Positions 63,516-64,000 of a stretch of DNA of 64,000 bases are shown here, one piece after another. The stretch is from a virus (taxonomy: Duplodnaviria; Caudoviricetes). How positions within the stretch are numbered: the first letter of the stretch is position 1; every line of letters begins with the position of its first letter. The translations under genes were made by a program, and so were the position numbers. Location of the stretch: the IMG/VR virus record IMGVR_UViG_3300043391_000370, positions 1-64,000 of that record. One strand, written 5' to 3'. The notes under the pieces were generated by a model, which was not told where the DNA came from, ran no database searches, and saw only the letters and a program-made list of their open reading frames with translations.

Positions 63516-64000
63516 CTACCACCAAGTAATTTTCACATAACCATCACCACCATTACCACCATTACCAAAAGTACTTCCAATCGAAGCACCACCACCTCCA
63601 CCACCACCTCTGATACCATTACCACCAGTTGCGGCAATTGATACACTTGCTCCTGCACCACCACCACCAAAACCATAAGGAAGTCCAGTAATTGCAGTTG
63701 CACTACTTCCATTTGTTCCTAATGATGACCCACCAGATACTGATGTCGTATTTCCATAAAAATTAATTGTTCCACCGGCACCACCAGATGTTGTTGTGAT
63801 TCCTGCACCAGATCCACCACCGGTTGCCTGATATTGATTGGAAGATGTAAGTGCAGTATATCCAATACCACCTGTATTATTTGCACCCGAGAGTCCGATG
63901 GTAGTGTAATAATAATTGGTGATTGCAGTTTGTGCGATACCTGGTGTTTGTCCAGGACTACCAGATGCAGTTAAATTATAAGTTCCTCCGGGGCCAGTCC
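63516..64000 (-). CDS. 3' end of a Gly-rich paralog (5' end outside the window) ending GGDGYVKITWW
   Basis: Hand-translated 161 codons: TGPGGTYNLTASG...GFGGGGAGASVSIAATGGNGIRGGGGGGG...GDGYVKITWW*. Confidence 0.85.
   Translation of the reverse strand, partial: TGPGGTYNLTASGSPGQTPGIAQTAITNYYYTTIGLSGANNTGGIGYTALTSSNQYQATGGGSGAGITTTSGGAGGTINFYGNTTSVSGGSSLGTNGSSATAITGLPYGFGGGGAGASVSIAATGGNGIRGGGGGGGASIGSTFGNGGNGGDGYVKITWW

Noticed and set aside
50071-64000. Diversity-generating retroelement targeting the repeat proteins
   Set aside because: No reverse transcriptase, and no template/variable repeat pair with adenine-only differences was seen in the window.

Overview
This window is a 64-kb segment of a T4-like cyanophage (Kyanoviridae-type myovirus) genome, with almost all genes on the minus strand. 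1-2.8 kb holds early-type small genes and an SF2 helicase behind sigma70-like promoters that share a conserved upstream element. 2.8-25 kb holds large tail-fibre/tailspike-like virion genes, interrupted at 11.4-13.1 kb by three atypical tRNAs, a Phd/YefM-like gene and a 2OG-Fe(II) oxygenase. 25-36.6 kb is the baseplate/tail module (gp5, hub, lysozyme+M23, gp51, gp26, tube-like, gp4, gp2, gp48, gp53). 36.6-44.4 kb is the core replication/metabolism block (gp32, a GIY-YIG homing endonuclease, gp59, gp33, exonuclease, phoH, thyX, glutaredoxin). 44.6-50 kb is a six-gene glycosyltransferase/methyltransferase cluster. 50-64 kb encodes giant WTxRTSGFG-repeat proteins. Main discoveries: (1) the 2726-aa and 1714-aa repeat proteins parse as balanced, recursively nested sets of mostly 7 repeats, which suggests branched trees of beta-propellers, and one propeller appears split between the two adjacent genes; (2) a compact unit of NtcA box, glutamine (glnA-class) riboswitch, 30-aa basic peptide and terminator that mirrors host gif-type nitrogen control; (3) non-canonical tRNAs and a stand-alone candidate sRNA. 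All calls come from manual motif recognition. No database searches or structure predictions were run.
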